Shown here piece after piece: positions 1 to 13,158 of a stretch of 64,000 nucleotides of DNA. The position numbers and the translations under genes are program-made. Every line of letters begins with the position of its first letter. Position 1 is the first letter of the stretch. The notes below the pieces were generated by a model. That model searched no databases. It was not told the DNA's origin and was given only the letters and a program-made list of their open reading frames with translations. Source of the DNA: Felis catus (Eukaryota); assembly GCF_018350175.1 (NCBI RefSeq), contig NC_058382.1:58220001-58284000 (forward strand), in the 5' to 3' direction.

Positions 1-3000
1 AGGGAGGACCAGAGACGCACCTGGAGAGACGGGTAGGGATGTGAGGGGGCTTGAGTGTCGTGCTAATAAGCAGCTTGCAGGGACCCTGAAGACGGTCACG
101 CGTTCGGCGCCCTGCTAGCCTGGGCACGTGGCAATTAGTGGGTCCAGTGGACAACCCCCCCCTGAGCTTATAGTCAGAGGGAGGCCACAGATAAGAAACC
201 AGAAAACAGATAAATAAGCATTAGGTTGGATGGGGGAAAGCGATACGGAGAAACGGTACCAGGGTAAGAGGGATCAAGCAGGGGGAGCTTGCCGGCTTTT
301 TACGGGGTGGCGTGGTGGCGGTCAGGGAGGCCTTTCTCTGACACTCTTTAGCAGAGCCCGGGGCGGGGGTGGGAGGGGGGAAGGAAAGTGACAGGGACGT
401 CTTGTTTGCGGCAGTCCCAACGCGTGTGCCTCTTGCTGGCTTCAGCAGGGCTGTTAATAGAGCTCCTTTGTGGATAGAGGAGATAACACAGGTTACAACA
501 AGGGAAGGGCAAGTGCAAAGGCCCTGAGGCAGGCGGGACAGCCAGGAGGCCAGTGAGGGGGAGAGAGGTGGGCCGAGGGCAGATAGCACAAGGTCCCAGA
601 GAGGGTTGTCAAAGGCTCGGCTTTCACTCAAAATGAGCCGAGCCACGGACGGTTCTCTGTGGCGGAACAGGCCTCCTCGGGCTGCCGTGCCAAGAACAGA
701 CTGCAGGGGGCGCCGGCGGCAGCCGGAGGCCAGGGAGGAGGCACTGTCCAGGCAGCGAGGTCTGGGTGAGGTGTAATCCAACTCCAGACGCGTTTTCAAG
801 AGCCGGGTGGGTCCTTTCCAGGGTATGGGAGCAAAGGGGGTCAGGCTGTTGGGAGATTTTCAGCAGAGAAGGAGTGCGATCCAGTGTGTGTGGGCAGCTC
901 GGTGGCAGGTGGGTACGGCCTCTGGCAGAAGAAACAGCCTCCTGGTTGGGGCCGGTGGAAGGTCCTGGAGGCCTCAGTATCTGGCCTGCAGCTCTGCTTG
1001 ACTTGGTTCCCACAGAGCGTCTTGCTTATTTTTTAAAACGTATTGCCAACACTTAAAAAACAGGAGATTTTTTCTTTTTAACAAGTCGAAATCTCTATTT
1101 ACGCTGGGTCTGCGTTCCCGCTCGGCACCTGTTGGCGGGAGCCGCCCCCGCTTGTGCCCGGAAGGGGCACGTGTCCTTCTGTTTGCTCCAGACACCCGTC
1201 TCAGGAATGCAGGATCCCCTAGACTTCACCCCGCTGGCCCCCTTGGCCCAGCCTCTTGTGCAGTGTACAACCTGCCCACATGTGTCTGGCCTCTCCGCCC
1301 CGATTGGAACCAGCCCTTCAAGTTTGGTAGGAAATGAGAGGCTTGTCAGGAAATCTCTGCGAGTTGTGCCTGCCCTCCTGTCACCCCTGGCCCCCCAGTT
1401 TCCAGCGCAGCCGTCTGCCTTGGCTCCTCGAAGCCTGTGGAACCATTTAAAAGGCTCCTAACGATATTGATCAATCTCTCTAAAATGGATTATCCCGTTT
1501 GCCTCCCAGCCTGACTGGATGCCCTGGGTAAGATCAGAAAGGAATTATGTTAGCCGGAGGCAGAGGGAGCAGGGGTGAGAATGTATCTCCTCCCCGGTGA
1601 TGCAATCTTATCAGAGCTGAACTTTACTCTCCATCTTGGGATATAGGATACTTTGGGGATGTCGGAAAGAAATAATCATCTTACGATTTGCAGCCTGCTC
1701 GACACCGAGCCAGCTGGGAGGGGTGGTGGGGGGGCCGGGGAGGCTGGAGCGAGGACCATTTTTCGTTGGAGCTCTTCCCCGGAGAAATCAAGCCCTCTTA
1801 GAAATCCCTCTGGGGCCCCAGCCTTGGGTGGTGCGCCTGCGACCAGCTCCGTCAGGATTACGGCCCCGCGCTGCTGGCCCAGGGGACAGGCACGTTCATT
1901 AAAATTTGAAACACAAATGGAAAATTGCTACCTGCAGCCTCTGTGAGCAACCAGCAGTGCATCTGAGTTCCCGTTAATGGATCGAACGCGGAGGAAACAA
2001 TTACAGCCACCGCCACGGCCATTCCTTTGGAGATAGCGGGGTCGCATCCAAACCCGTCGGAGGCGGGGGAAGAAGCCATGAGGTCCACGCGATGATGGTT
2101 ATTTTCCTCTGTCCCGGGGCTGAGACCCCAGTTCCCCACCCCCCCCCCGACCATAGGGCACTTTTCTTGGCTTCTCCGTCACCCCGCTGCCTGCAAGGCA
2201 TGAGCCATCCATCCCTGGGCCCTGTTGGGTTTGTCACCTAACGCATCGGTACACGTTTGCCCCTGGCTGGGTTTCGAGACTTTTATTTGGGAGGTGATCC
2301 CTGGAGACGCAGAAGTGAGGACAGCAAATAAGAAAGGGAAGAAGCTGGTGCGGAGGCATCACTGAGCCCGTGCGGGCATCGGGAGCTCAGCCTTGCCGGG
2401 GGCCCCTTAGAGGTGCCGGGGAGCGGTCCTCCGTTGTCCCCCGTCCTGGGGCGGAGAGCGTCGGGTGCACCGTGCGCTGCCTCCGTGCGGGGGTGGGTTG
2501 TCCAGGGGCTGCTGCTGGGGAGCTGATGCTTCAGCAATGGCTTCCGTCCCCTGCCACCTCCTGACCTGGGGCAGTGGGTGGCCCTTACTTCAAACAGACA
2601 GCTCTGTCATGCGCTCGTGAGCACAGCTGATCCCAGCCAGTCGGAGAAGGGGGGCCGCAGAGGCCTTTGCGTGGGTTTGGGCAGGAGAGAGCGAGGCCCT
2701 CTGCTAAAAGGTCCATCCTGGATGGGCTCCAGCTCCCCAGGACCCGAGGGCTGGCGGGGTGGGGGCGCCCCTGAACATGGGGACAGCCCCAGTGGGGTCC
2801 TAAGCAGAATACCCTGGGAGCTGTGTCCCCGCCTGGCCCTCCCACCCTGTCACTGCCCCTCCCAGCCTTGCCGGGATGTCTTCCGTGTGCACTGGTGTTT
2901 ATTTGGCCAAGGGCTGGGCCAGGGACTTGGAGTCTGAGCTGTTGTAAGGAAGTGGCGGTGGGGGGCTCCCTTGTCCCCCCGCCAGGATGGACCGGATGGC

Positions 3001-3964
3001 CCTGGGTCCTGAGACAATGGGCCAGGGAGGGGCCAGGTGCTAGGCCCAGGGCAGGAAAAGGACGACTTAAGGATAAACACAGACCCGCCCGTGCAGATGA
3101 ACTTGGACTTGGGCTGCAGGGAGATTGGCAGACTCTGTCCCTCCCCCCATGGAGCCTGGGGAGGAGCTGGGGGGGGGGGCGGTTGCAGAGGCTGAGCTGT
3201 CCCTTCTTGCAGCTACCCCCACAGGGAGTGTCATCATCCCCACCACACACGTGGGGAAACTGAGGCAGGGAGGAATGTGCCCAAGGCCACACAGCTAACA
3301 ATGGAAGAGTGAGCTTTGTACCTGGGCACTCCTGCTCCAGACCCCTCAGTAATAACCAGTGTGCCACCCTCACTCTTAGAAGCTGGGCTCCCGCTGCCCC
3401 CCCTCCCCCGCCTCCCCAGCTGTGCTTCCAGCTGTGACCCTGGGCAGAGGCTGGGGGTGGGGTGGGGGGTAGGACGGATCTACCCCTCTGGTCTGGGACT
3501 GTGGACTCCCAGGTTCCGGCAGGATTCTGCCGCACCTGCCCCCGTGGGTATTTGTGGGGGTGGGGGGGTCACGTCTGTTCTTACACGTGTGTGACAGAGA
3601 GAGGGGGCTGCGTGTGGCCCAAGACTGGTCTCACCTGCGAGTCATGTGCCCGGGGCCTCGGGGTTCGTGGTTATTGTCAGCAGACTTCAGGGGCTGGAGA
3701 TTGTCCCCACGACATTACCCTTGTGCCCCTGAACCGGCCCTCGCACAGACGGCCTTGACCCCCGTCTTCCAAAGCAGGGGACACACAGCAGCCCTCTGAC
3801 ACGGGAAGAATATGCTCGAACTCTGTGTGTCTAATCTCTTAGATACTCTTTTTGCATGGGTTTTATAACGGAGAGATGGTTAACGTGTGCAACGTAGAAA
3901 TAACCGGTAAGCGAATGGACGCATATACCGGGACACGAGAGTTCAAAGTTTGTTTTGTTCTTAC

Positions 3965-4870
3965 TTTCAGAATCAACTTTATCGGATATGGTTTGCGTCC
4001 GGTAAACTACAGGCATCTCGAGAGTTGTGGTCATTGGCCTCTGACACAGGCATCTGTCTGTGCTCCCGCCGCCCTGGTCCTCGTGCAGCACGTGGCCCTC
4101 TCTCCAGAAAGTTCCTTCCCAGGTGCACCTACCCAGTCTCTCTCCACCCCAGCCAGGTGGCCACTGATGACCTTCCTTGACTCCAGGCTAGGGTCTCTCC
4201 TCCTTTTGACTTGGTGGCAAAACAGCCGAAACGAAACGTAGCGTCTCATCTGGGTTTACGCGGTCAGTTCAGCAGCGTGAAGCACGTCTTCACTGTGGCG
4301 CGACCCTCGCCACCGCCCGCCTCCAGGCCTTTTCCGTCACCCCAAACGCGAACTCTGTCCCCATCGGCCCGCGAGTCGGAATCCGACCAGTGCAGGGTCT
4401 CCGGGGGTGGCATCCTTCGGGACCTGCCCGTCTGCGGTCTGTGATGGGCTTCGCGGGCGGAGCGTAACGTCCCCGGGGACCACGCGTGTCGCAGCGCGCG
4501 TCGGGGTTTCGTTCCCTGACGGCTGTGTGTGCGCGTGGCGTGGGCTGTGAGCCCGTGCCTCCGCGACGCTCGCCTGGGTGGTTTCCACGTCTCGGCCCCC
4601 GTGGCCGGTGCTGGCGGCCTGTTCCGGGCCTGCTCTCTCTCCGTGCTTCTGGGCGTTTCCTAGGGGAGGCGCGCCGGCCCCCGGAGCCTCACGGAGCCAC
4701 CTGCCCCTGTGTGTCTGGCTGCCTTTGCGCGACCTTCCGTCCTGATGTTTGTCCAGGTTGCCACGTGTGTCCGTGTTTGTTCTCTTCGTTGCCGAGCGAT
4801 GTTTCTCTGCGGGATTCCGCGTGGTGCTCGGCCGGCCTTTTACCGACGGACAGACGCTCGGGGCTGTTCT
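3965..4870 (-). mobile_element. L1ME-type 3' end (~3965-4205 and ~4686-4870) interrupted by an L1MB-type 3' end (~4210-4685)
   Basis: aactttatcggatatggtttgcgtccggtaaact...tccagaaagttcc...ccactgat, then ttggtggcaaaac...cagttcagcagcgtgaagcacg...aactctgtccccat, then tgtgtgtctggctgcctttgcgc...ttcgttgccgagcg. Colinear with recalled L1M 3'UTR consensuses. Confidence 0.75.
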
Positions 4871-7015
4871 GGGGGTGAGGAGTCAGACGTGCGCGGCTCC
4901 AGCTCCCTGCCCGCGTCTGTTTCTTGGAGCTGAGGTGTGCGTAGCCCTCCCCTCCCAGCAGCCGGCCGGCCCAGCTTCCCCTGGGTGCTGGATGGTTCTG
5001 GAAACAGAAGGGAGATGCGGCCTGCCGTTGAGACCTCAGAGGCCACGTGAGGGGGCCACCTACGGGCTGGGACCCCAGCAGGGCCACCTGGGGAACCCCC
5101 GCCCTGGGGGCTTCCTTCTCCCCAGGCCGGGACTGAGGGTGGGGTTAGCAGACTTCTCCTCTGGAAGCCCCAGGCCCATCTCTGCTTGGGTTGGGGGGCG
5201 GGGAGGGGGGGTGCTTTTCCAGGCCACCGAGGGGAAGCCATGGAGGGTAAAGGTCGGCCTCCTTATCAGGGCTCCCTGGAGGGAAGAATAAAAAACAAAG
5301 CCACCCACAGCCCTCTGGGCGTGACAGTTTGCTGATAAGAGGAAGGCTGCCTGGTGGTTTGGGATGACACCCTGAAAGCAGAAGTGAGTGAGCCCTTTGC
5401 TAATCTGGAGCTGCATGTGGCCGAGACCCCAGTCCCGCTGGCAGGGGCCAAGAGGCCAAACCAACCCGCCCTGAGCCCGGGCCCCTGGGGGACCATGTGT
5501 TCACCCCCTTCCCCCACTTTGCCTGTGTCGCCGCGGGGGCTGGGGGATCCGCTTTCCAAAGTCCCTCGGATGTGGGCCTCCGGGCCCAGCCCTGCCCCTG
5601 CTTCCTTCGGCCTTCTGATGCGCATTCATGGGGCGGCTGCTGTATACAGGCTGGGGGGGCCGGGCTCTGGGCTTTCCAAATGGGAGACGCCGGCCCCGTA
5701 AGGGCTGGGCCGTGGGGACAGTGTCTGCAAGAGGGGATTGTGACAGTGCAGACCCCAGGGCCATGAAAGGGGGGTGGGGGTGGGGGCGAGAGGCGGCGAG
5801 GATATCTAAGGGAGAAGTGTCCCAAGGAGGGAGGGCCAGGAACTGCCTGAGGATTAGGATGGCCCGGGTCAGCAGCCAAGCTTCTGTGGGTTTGGCTGAA
5901 GGCCAGGAAGTTCTGAGTTCTCTGTGGGGCTCACTGGCTTGTTTCCTCAAGGGAAGTGGGGTGATGTGCAGGTTTGGATCTGGGCTTCTTCGGAAAAGGA
6001 GTAGTGGGGCCGCTCCGGGTCGTGACGGGTGGCGTGGAAGCGGCCGGGCCCCTCCTGAAGCCAGGGCCACCACCCGCGCTCCCAGGCGGGAGGGTCTCCA
6101 GGGTGTGTGCCCCTTGCCGAATGTCTGCCTCCGCGACCCCCCTCCCTCTGTCGACCTTGGGCAGGGATCCAAGTGTCTGAGACACGGGGATGTTAGCCAT
6201 ACCTCGTCGATGGCGGAAAGTACGAGCCCCCCGGGGGGCCCGGAATGTTCTCCACTCTCCAGGTGGTAGGTCCTTCATCCACGCTCGGAGCTGGGAGGAA
6301 TCTGAGGTCCAGAGAGGTCCCGGGTGGCAGGTGGCGGTGGGTTTGAACACAGCCTGTTCGTCCCTGGGCTCCTACCCCCGGGGGGCTGCCTGGGCAGGAA
6401 CGGCTCCCTCACCTGTCTCCCTGCACCGAGGAGGCAGCGGCCAACACAGCCCCGAAGCGGCTGGGGAAGCAGGCCTAGCCTTGGCCACCGTGTAGCCCGG
6501 GGACAGTCACTATCGAGGATGCTCATGGGTCACAACAGGGAAGGTTCCAGAAACTCAAGCCCCGGCATGGTCCCGAGCTGGCAGCGAGGGATGGATGAGG
6601 GATGAGGGACAGATCACGTCGTGTGTGGGACGCCCTGCAGGGAGTTGGAGAAGGGGGAGGTGAAAAGGCCTGAGGCATCGCGCCCGACGGGTGGGGCCTG
6701 GCACCCATCCTGGAAGTCCCCAGGGAGGGGGGCGGGGGGGAGGGAATGAGGTGAAGCCCACTCCTTTGGTGGCTCATCAGCAGCCCCAGACAGGGTCACG
6801 GGGCCCCAAACTGGGGCTTTGGGTCATCTGTGCGCCTCCGCGGTCCGCCGTCCCCGTGACAGCAGATAATCGAGGTTTGGCTGATCTTGATTGTGATTTT
6901 CACAGGCGTCTGCTCGGGCAGGGGGGCAGGAAGAGGGTCAGACAGAGGAGCGAGGCTGTGCTCCCGGGAGCTCAGTGATTCTCGGTGTGAGTCAAGCTTT
7001 AAAAATTCAAGGGCC

Positions 7016-7230
7016 GGGGTGCCTGGGTGGCTCAGTCGGTTGAGCGTCCGACTTTGGCTCAGGTCATGATCTCACAGTCTGTGGGTTCGAGCCCCGTGTC
7101 GGGCTCTGTGCGGACAGCTCAGAGCCTAGAGCCTGTTTCCAATCCTGTGTCTCCCTCTCTCTCTGCCCCTCCCCCAGTCTCACTTTGTCTCTCAAAAATA
7201 AGTAAATATAAAAAAATTAAAAAAAAAAAA
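7016..7230 (+). mobile_element. Can-SINE (SINEC_Fc-like), full length, young
   Basis: Head ggggtgcctgggtggctcagtcggttgagcgtccgact, B-box gggttcgagcccc, CT region and A tail. Perfect 14-bp TSD aaaaattcaagggc (7001-7014 and 7226-7239) after a TTT|AAAA L1-endonuclease site. Confidence 0.95.
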
Positions 7231-7479
7231 TTCAAGGGCTGAAGGAGGGGACTCGAGCTGCAGAGCTGGACCCGCTTGCGGTCACCCTTGCTGCCGGGGG
7301 CTGCCTGGGGCCTGAGCGCTTGGGCAGGCCACCACCCTGGAGGCCTTCCAGACCCGGCTCCCACGGAGCAGGGACCCGCACTCCTCGGAAGCTTCCGGAA
7401 CCACGTTCCCAGTCCAGGTTATGGCCCGCTCCCTGTTCAGAGGCAGCTGCCCCGGGCTGCTTTCGTGTCCAGCCTGGGT

Positions 7480-7900
7480 ATCATTCGTTCATTCGCTTAG
7501 TCAGTACCGAGCCCCCACCGTGTGCCAGACAGCTGGCTCGGTACTGCTGACCCGGTGGTGACGAAGCCTAGCGAAGTCCCAAAGAGAGAGACAGGAGCAC
7601 ACATCTATCTGTCAGGTGTAAATGCGGAGATAAAGTACATCAGAAACCCCACAGTGGGGTGCGGGGGTGGGGCAACGGCGGGGAGGGAGGGGGAGTCTGG
7701 GAGCAGACCTGAAGGGAGGGGAGGGATGGAGAGAGCCTTGTGGGTAGCTGGGGGAAGAGAGTCCCAGGCAGAGGGCACAGCCTGTGCAAAGGCCCTGAGG
7801 CGGGAAGAGCCGGGTTGGGGCGGGGAGGCTGGTGCGGCTAGAGTAGAGGTGAGGCAGAAGGGCAAGGCCAGGGCCACGTCTTACAGGGACCGTGGAACCA
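7480..7900 (-). mobile_element. L2 3' fragment
   Basis: tcattcgttcattc...tgtgccagac...tcccaggcagagggcacagcctgtgcaaaggccctgagg. Confidence 0.7.
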
Positions 7901-10900
7901 GAGTCTCTCAGGGGTCACCCGTCCGCCTGCTTCAATTGGGGCTGGAAGGGGAGGAGAGAAGGCACGGAGGCCATTCCGAGCCATTGCTGCTCTACCCCAA
8001 AGCCACCTGTGGCCACCCGGCTGGCCCCATCGGCAATGGGTTTTTAATTATCTAAATATTGCCTTTGCCCTTTGCTTCCAGCCGGGACTGCTGCGCTCTG
8101 CAAAAGGCAAATGGCTTTCAGTGGCTCTACTTGGGGGCGCGGGAAGCTTTTCTCCCTGTCTGATTACAGCGGAGTATAATCTGCTTGGTTTTATTGTTTA
8201 GAAACAATACAGCAACGTGGCAGGGAGTTCGGAAAGTGGATGTGGCAGGGAGGGGGGCAGAGGTAGCCGCCGTCACCAGCAGCCACGCACCTCCTGGCGT
8301 GTGCTGGCTCCATGCAGGCCGCGGTGTCCTTTGTTTTTCAACTGCGTGTGACGTCGCGTGGGTCCCGCTCGCGGGGACCGGCGGGTGGGGGGGGGAGGCT
8401 TGGCGAGGGCCTGGGGTCTCAGCTCAAGGCGTCGGAGGGAGCCGACCAGGGAGGCAGGCAGGGGGTTCGATCTGGGGCTCCGCCACCCTTCTCAGGCCCC
8501 AGGGGGGAGGCGGGGCTGCGGGAGGGAAGAGCAGATGTGAGGGTGGTTCTCCGGGAGGAGGTCAGATGCCAGGCAGAGCCGGCTTGTGGGAAAAGGGGGG
8601 GGGGGGCAGGTTCCTCTGGCTACACCACTCAGGCCGCCCCTCTGCCCTCCCTCCCCCAGCCTCCCTCTTGCCCACCTGTCCTCCGCCAGCCCCTCCCCCC
8701 ACCACCGCCACACCCCTTGGCCGAGGGGTCCGGCCCCTCCGCTGGCGTCTCCGTCGCCCCCTGGTGCCCACGGGGGCCACCGCTCTCCTTCCCCCTTCTC
8801 CTCGCGGCCTTGCCCACTCCCGTAAGTGGCTTAATTAAGGAGCTGTGCAGTTTATTTATGTATGGACCTCGCCTAATTGGCGTGTTTGTCTTTCCTCATT
8901 ATTCCCAGCTGGACAGAGCCGTTTGAACAACAAATGCAAGAAGGCTGGATTTCTCCAACACAGTGTCTATTTTTGAAAGGCTGCTCGGTGCCCCCGCGAT
9001 TAGCCGCGTGCACATGTTTGCCGGCTGCAGCCACATGCCCGTAAGCACTTAATTGTGGGTGCAGTTAGTCAAGGCGGGCAGCTCTCTGCAGATTTCAGGG
9101 GTGAGGGGACCTAATTACACCTGCAATTGAGTGCTTCAGCGGGGACAAAAGATGCCTGTTCAGCTAATTGCAGCCACCGAAATTGCCCCCACAGAAAGAG
9201 TCCCTGCTAGATGCTCCGGGAGCCAAGGCCGCGAGTTGTAATAAAGAGTGGAGAACTCGGAATTATAGCGGTAGGGGGTGCTGGGCTGAGCCTCAGGGAC
9301 TCGGCGTCTCGAAGCCGGTCATTACACCCTCGGGGCCGTTTTTTTTTTTTTTTCCCCTCCCCCCACCGTGGAGGCTGCTCGGTGGCTGGTTCTTCCGCGA
9401 GCACCTGCCTTCACACGCGGAAATGTCACACCGAAGGGAAATGGGGGGTTGACGACGCCCTGTCGCCCGCCTGCTCGCGGGGCGGTGTGAGTCACCAGTC
9501 TCGCCTGCGGCAGACCCCGCTGTGCCTTCACCCCCGACGGTCTCAGGTCCCGCGTGTGTGTGTCGCGCGTCCCCCCGACAGCCACGGAGCTGCCACGCGA
9601 GCTGGCCGTGGTTCCGGAGGAGGCGGAGGGGACCGGCAGGGCCCTCGGGGAGCCCGCGTTCTGGGGCGGTCTTAGGCCGCGGCCCCCGTCCTGTGACGGT
9701 CTCGTCACCCGCAGGTCCCGTCAGGCTTGCCTTTGGTTTCTCTGTCGGAGCGACAGGTTTGTGCCGGCCTCTGGAGTCACGGCGGGCCTGCTTGTTTCGC
9801 CTGTTCGTGCTGCTGACGCTCGGCCAGGAGGCGTGGATCTCTCGTGTGCCTGTGCCCGTTGTATTTGCAAAAAAAAAAAAAAAAAAAGTGGGTGTAATTT
9901 GAAGCCTGAGATGAAGGTGCCTTCCTTCAGGGGGTCTTGTGTTTGTTCCTGGAACGCTGTTGCTCTAGAAGCGCCTCCGCCCAGGCCAGGGCTGGACGAG
10001 CCTAGGGCCACCCTAGAGGCTTCCGCACGAGGCCTGGCCGGCTCCCCCCTCCCTCTTACCCTGAGCGGGGTGGCCCTCTGGGGTCCTGCCTCGTTACCGG
10101 CAGGGTCTGCTCCACCTGGCGCAGAGGCCCCCGGCTTTGCTCTCCGTCCCCCTCGACCCTTAAGGCCATAAAAACGGAAGTTCAGAACTTGCCGGGTCTG
10201 CGGATGCGCTCAGGGCCGGCGTGGCCTCCGTGGCGAGTCGGCTCCGGGGCTCTGCCGTCCCTGTCCCTTTTGGCCTGGCGACTCCCTACAGTCTTGTCAG
10301 CGGTTTGGTGCTTTGAAGAAACGGGGGGGGGGGCTATTTTTATCCAGCCTTTGGGGTTGATTTGATGGGTCGTTACTACGAGAAAACAGGAAGTCCAGGC
10401 TGCTGCTTCTCCCAATTCAGGGTGGCAGTGGGGGTGGGGGGTGGGGACAGAGCCCTGGAGGAACCACCAGGGCTGTGCCCAGCATAGAGGGTGAGAGGGA
10501 GTGGCAGCCACCGCGTCCAGAGTGGTCTGGGAGCCCTTCATGGAGGAGGAGGAGAGTGGCAGGGAAAGGGTGTGCAGACCGGCTGGGCCCCCCCCACGAG
10601 GGCCGACTGCAGCAAAAGGCCAGCTTGGATGGGGGTCTGCTGAGATTCAGCCCACAAGGAATGCTAGCTCCCAGGCCAGGGGCCTCCGCAGGGCTCTTCT
10701 CTGTGGGGCCCCGCCAGGGGCAGAACCTGGGCGCTTGGCCCGATGCTGCAGAGGGCAGACCCGTGTGGGCCCCGGGTCTGACCCTGCTCAGCTCCGGGGC
10801 TGAGTTACAAGCACTTCCGGAGTTTGGCTGGCAGGGGAGGGTCTCACCTGCCCCGATGTCCCCCCCGCCCCCCACCCCCCTTCTCTTCTCCTGGCCTCCA

Positions 10901-12714
10901 GTGCCTGCTGTCCTACGTCACGGCAGAGCCACCGGGGTGGCCCGGAGGGTATCTATCCCGGTGTGGCCGCAGAGTGGGGCTGAGACCTTGTTTCTCTATC
11001 ACTCTGGATAAGGGTGACACCCCCCCCCACCTTGCTGCTTGTCATCCGCGTGACCTTGGGCCCGACCCCTCCCTTCTCAGGCTCGGTCTCCCCACCTGTG
11101 AAGGGGGCAGGGGCTCTCACTCCCCAGCACGGAGGACAGCCGCACCGGTGGGGAAGGTGAGGCGGCCAGCGCTAACAGTCGTGCAGTCCGGGGACGCGTT
11201 GGCGGGAGGCACGTTTGGCTCTCGGGCCCGAGAAGGCGTTTCAAAGGGTGCGCGTCCCAGAAGGGGGTCGGTTCAGAGTTCTAGCAGGGCAGGGCCTCTG
11301 CCGTCCGCGAGCTCCCCCGTTTTGACCTTTGGGGTGGAGTGGGGGAGACAGCGCCGTGCGCATGTCGGCTCCCACCCCCCCCCCCCCCCCAGTCAGGGCT
11401 GGGACGTGGGGAGGGTGCGAACCCACCCTCGATCGGCAGGCGAGGGAGGAGAAGCGACTTGCACCGGGCAGCTTTCTCTTTGGAAAGCCGTTCTGTTTCT
11501 TAAATGTCAGAGTGAGCAGATGGTGTGTCTGAGTTTTATTAATCATGGGCTCGCGGAGCTGGAAGGCCTGGGGGATCATTTAGTCCGAGCGTCCTACCGA
11601 GGAGGAGACTGAAGGCCAGAGAAGGCCAGAGCCACGCTGCACCTGTGACGGGGGCTGAGCTGTGCTGGGACCCAGATCCCCCCCCACCCCCCCATGCCCG
11701 CGTGCCTCCCACTCTGCGGAAGTAAACAGGTGCACTCTCCCCTCCGCCTCAGGAACAGCCGTCCAACTCCCGATGAAAAGCCGAAGCAGTGCTGATTCGG
11801 GGATGATCCGCCCCCAGGAACAACCGGAAATCCTGCCTTTGGGACACAGGGGTCAGGGCTGTGGTCGCCCACTGAGAACGTTCCGGTCTTGGGGCACCCT
11901 GCAGCTCCAGACGAGCTGGGGCTTCCCAGGTGCTGCCAGGAGACTTAGGGTCACGAGGCCCAGGGGACCCAGCCTGACTTGTTGGGGGCCCTGCTGGACC
12001 CACCCCTTGACGGCGATTCCTCTGGGCCACGTAACTCCTCCCTGCCCCAGCCCTTGACTGAGACTGTCCCCTCCCCTCCGTGGCAGCTGTTGAGACGGAC
12101 GGTAGCACAGGGCACCCGGAAGTTCACCTCATCACATGATGTTATGAAATTGAAACCACCGTTTTGGCCCAAGTGGGCAGAATAGCTCTTTTGTCCTGCC
12201 TTTCCCAAATACATCCTAGAGCTGCTCCAGTGAGTCACGAGATGCTCCAACAGCGTGGTTCCGTGAAGATAGCAGAGGTGGGGCTAGATCACACTAGAGT
12301 GTACATGACTGATAGCATATACTTTGTTCTTCGTAGCGGGTTTTGCTTAGGTTGGAGAGAAGGAGGTCTGTGGAGATAAAGGAGAATGACTGAGAGGCCC
12401 AAGGCACCAGGGTAGCCCACATAACCTGTTGGCGGCCTTCACCCCCCCTTTGGCCGTATGAGCACCTTCACATCATTGCGTTCCTTCCTTCCTGGCCCTG
12501 TTAACTGAGACACAAGCTTGTCCCCACTTTGGAGCCATTGATTCTCAGCAGCATCGGAGAATCTGGGACAGCTGGAAGGCCCCGTTCAGCCCCTCTGATT
12601 TTTTATGCGGTGAAATCGGGGCCGAGAGAGAGCGTTTTTTTTTCCGAGGCCGATGGCAGAACGGGGTCTGAAACTCTGGTCCCGCAGCATACTGGTGGGG
12701 TCCCTTAGGCTGCA

Positions 12715-13158
12715 TTGATGGCTCTCAGCTGGGGTGAGTTTGTGCCTTCGCCCATCCCCCGGGGGAAATTTGGCCATGTCTGGAGAGATTTTCCTTGTCG
12801 CGATGGGAGTGTGCCCCCGGCATCCAGTGGGTAGAGGCCAGGGATGCTGTTAAACATCCCACAGTGCACAGGGCCGCCCGCAGCAGAGTTCTCTGGCCCC
12901 GGAGCGCTGGGGGGGGCTCCAAGTCAAGCGTCTGACTCTTGATTTCCACTCAGGTCATGATCCCACGGTTCTTGAGTGCGAGCCCCGCATCGGGCTCTGT
13001 GCTGACGGCTCAGTGCTTCGGATTCTGTGTCTCCCTCTCTCTCAGCCCCTCCCCTGCTTGCTTGCTCTCTCTCTCTCTCAAAAATAAATAAACACTAAAA
13101 AAAAAAAAAAAAAGAACCCTCCAGCCTTAAATGTCAGTGTGCCGAGGGAGGGAGCCCT
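12715..13158 (+). mobile_element. MER20 (hAT-Charlie) fossil, split by a Can-SINE
   Basis: tttggccatgtctggagagatttt...ggcatccagtgggtagaggccagggatgctgttaaacatcccacagtgcacagg, resuming after the SINE as aaatgtcagtgtgccgagg. Confidence 0.85.
12901..13113 (+). mobile_element. Can-SINE inserted into MER20
   Basis: ctcaggtcatgatcccacggttcttgagtgcgagccccgcatcgggctctgtgctgac...(CT)n caaaaataaataaac + poly-A. Confidence 0.9.

Noticed and set aside
2198..2215. ag-GCATGAGCCAT resembles the start of GSE1 exon 2 (G-MSH)
   Set aside because: Continues as MSHPSLG rather than MSHEPKS and lies upstream of the first exon; likely a chance match.
7016..7100. tRNA-like A and B boxes
   Set aside because: These are Can-SINE heads, not tRNA genes.
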